From Macrostomum lignano (taxonomy: Eukaryota), in NCBI GenBank assembly GCA_002269645.1, contig NIVC01001024.1:1-64000 (forward strand): a DNA stretch of 64,000 nucleotides, given 5' to 3'. The notes under the pieces were generated by a model that worked only from the letters and a program-made list of their open reading frames with translations, did not search any database and was not told the DNA's origin. Positions 58,505-64,000 of this stretch are shown piece after piece. Each line of letters opens with the position of its first letter. The first letter of the stretch is position 1. Position numbers and translations under genes: made by a program.

Positions 58505-60385
58505 ATGAAGACAGAAAGCTGTTCAGTGCGCTTCTGCCACAGTCCGGCTCTTGGCGAGTCACCTGTGACCTGCCAGCCTCTCTGCGACCTGCACATGCAG
58601 CAAGACTTCATCGAAGTAGATGAGGCTGAAGCCAGAGTAGCCCACAAAGTGCAGCTCTTCAAGAAGTACCAGGAGCCAATGAGACTGATGCAGCAGAGAC
58701 TCACATCCGACCTGCAGCTGCTCGATGATACCTTTACCGACCTGAGAGAGACATTGGACAGGTGTCAAAGTGAGCTCGTTGCCGTCGTTACCAAACAGCA
58801 TGACCAACTGATGGACCATCTGTCAAGTGTCTCAGAGCTGGACGACTTTGAGAAGGAGCTAAAGAGAGCCAAGGATGACAAAAACACGAGGCAGGCCTTC
58901 CTCATCAACAGGAGCATGGAGAGATCGCTGAAGACATTGCAGCTGGACTCGAATCTGGTGAGATTGGATGAGGAAAGTCAGAGAGTCGAAATCGCAGCTT
59001 ACCCGGATTTGAACTCGAGAATAAGAGAGCTTAAGACCGCAATGAGTGCTGAGTTGGTTTTACTCAAAAAAATCGTAGAGCAGTTTGATGATGCTGCCGA
59101 TTCTAGGCAGATTGATGAAGAAATTTCACTTCGGGCAGAAGAGAGCATAAGCGAGTCAGAGATGCTGACGACGCCAGTATGTCTCACAGTGTGCAGCAAC
59201 ACCAAAGGTTTTGTCATTGACGAGTCAGGTGTGATTGAGAAGGCCAATGGGGATTGCAATGACTGTCTGCCACAGCCGAGTATATTTGTAGCTGTTCAAC
59301 CGGAAGCTCATCAAGAAAAGCAACTCCTACTACCTTGGCAGCAATTACCACGGAAAGCTCGGAAATTGCACGAAAGCGGTTCAAGCCGGAAAGACATGAC
59401 GTTTAAAATTTTGCTGCTCTCCGATGATGCAAACGAAGTTGGACGCCTGACGTGCAGCTGGGAGGCCGATCAGCCGATCCGAGATCTCCACTGCGACAAT
59501 GAGCGACAGCTGCTGTTCATCGCTCAGGAGACATCGGTGACAGTGACCGACCTCAGCGGAGCTTTCAAGTCAAGAATCTGCATCACCGAGTTGCACGAAG
59601 GCGCCAAAGAGCTGTGGTGCATTGCTGGAAACTGCAGCAAACTGTTTGCTCTAACGGAAGAACAAGACGGCAATCTGGACATTCTGGGAGTCGATAAAGA
59701 CTCTAGTAATATTCAACTGGTCATTCCCATGCCCAGTGATTTTGAGCTTATTCATGAAGATACGAAAATGTCAGTCAGAGATCAGATGCTGTTCTTGTCG
59801 GATAAGCGCTATGTTTTCACCGTCTGCATCATTACTAAAATGCTTATCAACTCGAGGTCGCTCCGTCAGAGTCCCTGGCAGATGGCAGGTTTGTGCAGAG
59901 ACATAGAAAAGCAGGCCTATGCTGTGGCTGGGGAAAACTCTGTTCCAGCAGAAGTTCAGCTGGCACCTTGCGCAGCTTCACTGAAACTGCAGCTGACATC
60001 AAAGATACCACAGTACATCCTGTCCTCTGATGCAGGCGCTCAGTACAAAGTGGCAAAGTTGGAGAATGGACGAGTCATTGTGACAACCTGGCTTATTGAC
60101 TGTGTGAACAGAGACGAAGTTGAAGATGAAGAAGAAGAAGAAGAAGATGATGATGATGATGAAGATGATGATGGCAGCAGTGACGGTGCCCAAAGCACTA
60201 GACCACCAGGACGAGGAGCGACGCCGCATGGTAAAGTGACATATTCTGCTTCTGGCGGCCAGTGCTTCAGAGGCTACGAAAAGCGGCAAGGGATATCAGC
60301 AGCAATGTCCGCACCGATAAAGAAAGCAAAAGCCGGTACTACCACACAATTTCCACATTCAGCCAAAAACTTTTTTTTGCGGTAA
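58505..60385 (+). CDS. B-box-like + coiled coil + propeller-like protein with acidic (E/D) tract, 626 aa
   Basis: Intact paralog of 45684-47690; same Cys/His spacing; different C-terminal tail. Confidence 0.75.
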   Translation: MKTESCSVRFCHSPALGESPVTCQPLCDLHMQQDFIEVDEAEARVAHKVQLFKKYQEPMRLMQQRLTSDLQLLDDTFTDLRETLDRCQSELVAVVTKQHDQLMDHLSSVSELDDFEKELKRAKDDKNTRQAFLINRSMERSLKTLQLDSNLVRLDEESQRVEIAAYPDLNSRIRELKTAMSAELVLLKKIVEQFDDAADSRQIDEEISLRAEESISESEMLTTPVCLTVCSNTKGFVIDESGVIEKANGDCNDCLPQPSIFVAVQPEAHQEKQLLLPWQQLPRKARKLHESGSSRKDMTFKILLLSDDANEVGRLTCSWEADQPIRDLHCDNERQLLFIAQETSVTVTDLSGAFKSRICITELHEGAKELWCIAGNCSKLFALTEEQDGNLDILGVDKDSSNIQLVIPMPSDFELIHEDTKMSVRDQMLFLSDKRYVFTVCIITKMLINSRSLRQSPWQMAGLCRDIEKQAYAVAGENSVPAEVQLAPCAASLKLQLTSKIPQYILSSDAGAQYKVAKLENGRVIVTTWLIDCVNRDEVEDEEEEEEDDDDDEDDDGSSDGAQSTRPPGRGATPHGKVTYSASGGQCFRGYEKRQGISAAMSAPIKKAKAGTTTQFPHSAKNFFLR

Positions 60386-61604
60386 TCGGTCAGAGCGGCC
60401 AGTATTACAATAAGGTTCGTGAGGAAATTCTCTGAGGAAGGGGACAGTTGAGGCTGGTTCATGGTGTGCGAAATCCAGGGCCGTCGTACGATATGCTAGA
60501 TTTACAAAGTATAAAATTGCGAGTGCAGTATTGTTTTAAAGCAGTGAAAATTATTGCTTAATCAAGTTGCCTACTTTGATAATCGTCATATAATTTTCAA
60601 TTAGCATTTGGATTTTAGAGATTTTTTCACTTGTCAAGAGTACTGAGCTTCATTCAGTAGGATAACACCCATAGAAACTTACAAAATCCCCAAATTCCAG
60701 CGAGGTGAAAAAATTAAGTTTTTTATTACAATTCATTGCAATAACTGTAAGTTTATTACATTCTAAAATGTGACTTACGAAATAAGTGAGGAGTAAAATG
60801 ACAATAAGGAGGACAATAATGTGCGGTCAAATATCTATAGTAAACAATATACCCTTAATAACGTCGCGTTGTGCTCGTTAATAACTTTGAAGTCCCAAAT
60901 TCGAAACCATGGAGCACAGAATTTTCGGACAAATAAATAAATCTTAGCACTGGTGAAAGAGGAAAACGGAGATCAAGGCGGGCATCACGGCTTGCTTTGC
61001 CTCAAACCGGAAATAAGGACGGGGTAGTAAAACTTCTTGCCGGAATACACATTTTGTTCTTGCAAACCATTTCTCGCAAACCCGCAAGGGATAAGCGCCT
61101 TTAGTGCAAGGGGGGCTTGTTGGGTGTTCGCTCTCTGGTGGGTTGTTAGGTGCGTTGTACACGTCGTGTGCCTATTTAGTGTCTATTCAGTGCCTATTTA
61201 GTGCCTATTTAGGTGACGTCCAGTATCCATTTGCAAGCTTCATGAAATTGCTATTAGTTTCCCTATTAGCTCGTGGTCATATCAAACAGCGCTTTTTTGA
61301 TGGAGAAAATATTTTAACAAGAAAGAGGTTGCCATTGAACTACAGGGAGAGAAATGTCAAGGTGGACCGCCTAATATTCCCAATAAGCGACAACCTCTTT
61401 AAACAACACACTTCAAACAACGCTTAAACTTTGTCTCCGCCAGTTAATCGATCAGCCAATGACGAATGAGTCACACACGAGTCACATTTCGCGAGAACTA
61501 AGCCTTTTCTCGCGAATCCAACTGTACGACATGGGGCTGGAAACTTTTTAAACGTGTTCTAAGTTTTATCCAATATTTTTTAAAATATAAATTTTCAGTA
61601 GCCC

Positions 61605-61810
61605 CCACCAATATCAACTTGTGGTAGCCTTGTCACCCATATCGATTTGCAGTAGCCTTGTCACCCATATCGATTTGCAGTAGCCTTGTCCCCCATATCG
61701 ATTTGCAGTAGCCCTCACTCATATCGATTTGCAGTAGCCTTGTCACCCATATCGATTTGTAGTAGCCTCGTGACCCGCATCAATTTTCAGTAGTCCTATC
61801 AGCATATGCC
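61605..61810. repeat. 28-bp minisatellite (TTGCAGTAGCCTTGTCACCCATATCGAT) with the same right flank as 48400-48490
   Basis: Flank CTATCAG..TATGCCATTTTGCAGT.TCCTAATTAAAAA is shared with 48422-48460. Confidence 0.85.
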
Positions 61811-62719
61811 ATTTTGCAGTGTCCTAATTAAAAACACAGAACGTAAAAATGCGGTCTTCAATAATCCTTTATTTGTTGTTGTTAAACCAGTGTGTACAAT
61901 TTTTTACCCACGTTTCTGCCCTGGAGGGGCTCTGCCAATATATTATTAATTATAATGCTATCATATTTTGTTATACGAAATTAAAATTTACGAATTTTAA
62001 TGTTTTTATTAATAATTGGATATAACGATGCACTAGGTATGTAATTAAGGGGTAATCTAATAAAGTAGGGTCCTCACAAAGCGCTGGACCAAATGTATAC
62101 AGGGGGTAGTGCATTATTAAATAAGTAAAAAAGATAGACTAAAAAGCATATTGGCGCTATTTAATTTTGAAGGATAAAATATTGGACGTATGTAAAAGGG
62201 GCTACTTTGAGTAGGATAATTTAGTGAAGAGATAAAAGCAGGTCAAAAGAGTAAAAACCGTAAATAATTTTTTTTGGAATTAGGTAATTACATAACGTTA
62301 AAAACCGTTAATGAAAGCATTTTGAGATATTCAAGAGCTTGTTTTTGGAGTAAGATGAGGCAAAAGCCAGGTAAAAGCCGCAATAAAACCAAGATGTAAA
62401 AATGGCGGGGTGTAAATGCAGGATTGTAAAACAGGAATAATAATAAAGAATACGGCGGATCAGTACAAATGGAGGCGATCACAGGTAAGAATGTGCATTA
62501 ATTACTTTGGATCAGCCCTTATTGCTTATCTGCAGGCTGGATCATTGGCCCCACCCCAACCAGCCCAGCGATAATCCTTTATTTAGAGCGTGGTCAAATC
62601 GCGAAACTTTGTCAGACTATTTATTTTCGAAATATGAATAAGCTGTGCATTTATTTTCATGAAAAACGACAGCTGTCAGATAGTGTCATTATTCTCTGCA
62701 GGTTTCTTTTCCACACGTA

Positions 62720-63229
62720 TAACTCAAGGTGGTAGTCGTCAAAGGTACTGATTGTTCGTCTTTAAAGGTATTGTAGTCATTGAAGGTATCGTGAGGTAGA
62801 CAATGGAGGTATCTTGAGGTAGTTATTGAAGGTATCGTCAGGTAGCAGTTTAAATTACCGTCTGATATTTATTAAAATTATCTCAAGGGGCCCATAATTT
62901 TATAAAGTTTTACGCGTTCATACAACTGTCTACATGTTAAACTACTGACAAATCGCGCTTTGAGTAGTGCGAGCATGTTAACTTTTGTTACCGAAATTAT
63001 AATATAGGATCGAATGATAAGGGTTTTGCTTTCACACCAGCTCCAAATTTTAAAGCATTAAACTCGTTAAAGTTGTAATACGATCGGAACTAACTATCAA
63101 TACTTTTTTAAGTTTCAAAGTGACTAGCAAAAACATGCATGCGAAACCGAAACGCGGCAAGCAAGGATTTGGAATGATCACCTGAAGAGAAGCTTGTGTA
63201 GTCTGAGTGGATGAACATTTGCTTCTCAG
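62720..63229 (+). repeat. Dispersed repeat, homolog of 20580-21650 without the SINE
   Basis: See 20580-21650. Confidence 0.75.
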
Positions 63230-64000
63230 TCGTGTAGACTACGCTGGACCGTTTACAAGTACCTGCTCGTAATAGTCGATGCCTACAGCAAATGGGCAGA
63301 AGTACATGTTACGCAGTCAACCACATCGGCAGTGACTATCCGACGTTTCCGAAGAACGTTCGCGCAAGGTGTTCCCGCAACATTGACCTCGGCTTCGCCT
63401 CGGTCAATAAACGAGACCTCGAGCCTTTTCCCGCTAGACAGCAAAATAAGTGGGAAATATTATACATTGGTTACTGACAATGGTCCACAATTCACTTCAG
63501 TGGAGATGGAAAGCTGGCTCAAAGGAATCAGATGCAAACACGTGCTCACGCCTCCGTACCACCAACGATCAAACGGCCTTGCGGAAAGGTTTGTCAGAGA
63601 CCTGAAGAACCACGTGGCGGCATCAGGCGGCGAAGACGATAAGACGATCTACAAACCAGTGTCGACCGCTTCCTTCTACAGTGCAGGAACTCCCGTCACT
63701 CCACGACAGGAAGGGCACCTGCAGAGTTAATGCGAAGACATCTACTTCGGAAGGCAACGTTGACCTTGTCCAAAGAACCGGTGTGGGTAAAGACCTACAG
63801 GAACGAAACCGAGAAATGGAAGCCCGGTGCAATCGTTGCTAGAGAAGGTAAGAAAATCGTGGGAGTACAATTGGACGACGGAAAACACGGCCGATACCAT
63901 CTGGAGCATACCAAGCCGAGGATTCTACCTGTAACAGGAGATACTCTAATGGACGCACATGAAGATACAGCTGATACTACGGAGAGAAATGCAACGGAGC
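63230..64000 (+). mobile_element. Ty3/gypsy integrase fragment (DDE core plus C-terminal region), degenerate
   Basis: VDYAGPF / YLLVIVDAYSKW / VTDNGPQFTS / TPPYHQRSNGLAERFVR, then VWVKTY...KWKPG.I in a downstream frame. Confidence 0.9.
63386..63469. mobile_element. 84-bp insertion with terminal hairpin inside the integrase
   Basis: ACATTG direct repeats at 63380 and 63464; hairpin ATTGACC-TC-GGC-TTC-GCC-TC-GGTCAAT; separates GVPATL from VTDNG. Confidence 0.75.

Noticed and set aside
61900-62500. Mitochondrial insertion (NUMT)
   Set aside because: AT-rich and strand-skewed, but hand translation of most frames gave no recognisable mitochondrial protein motif.

Overview
Eukaryotic, repeat-rich animal genomic DNA with no prokaryotic features. 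Composition and gene style suggest an invertebrate, possibly a Macrostomum-like flatworm, but this is a guess that the sequence cannot prove. Left end (1-~7.1 kb): a decayed Polinton/Maverick-like segment with a frameshifted protein-primed family-B DNA polymerase carrying an endonuclease-VII-like motif, a 15-bp satellite and one unknown ORF. Middle and right: a tandemly and segmentally duplicated cluster of three gene families. These are secreted PAN/Apple + C-type lectin genes (2 intact, 1 nonsense allele), secreted PAN + LamG/ConA-like genes (2 close copies plus a distant 2-exon relative) and intronless B-box-like/coiled-coil/beta-propeller-like (RING-less TRIM-like) genes (2 intact, several pseudogenes). 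A spliced WSC + PAN gene is also present. Interspersed are tRNA-derived SINEs (one full length with TSD, two CORE-type in inverted orientation), a hAT MITE with an 8-bp TSD, a Tc1 remnant, a LINE endonuclease scrap, LTR-like insertions, many minisatellites and two Ty3/gypsy fragments. Top observations: (1) the gypsy fragment at 48.5-51.3 kb has a UUUAAAC + hairpin -1 frameshift signal whose -1 frame runs into a Y-box-type cold-shock domain, then a coiled coil and the protease; the ORF track misses this because it is split by decay. (2) The C-type lectin paralogs are almost identical except for a sharply hypervariable ligand-binding C-terminal ~45 aa. Coordinates of repeats and remnants are approximate (hand-read).
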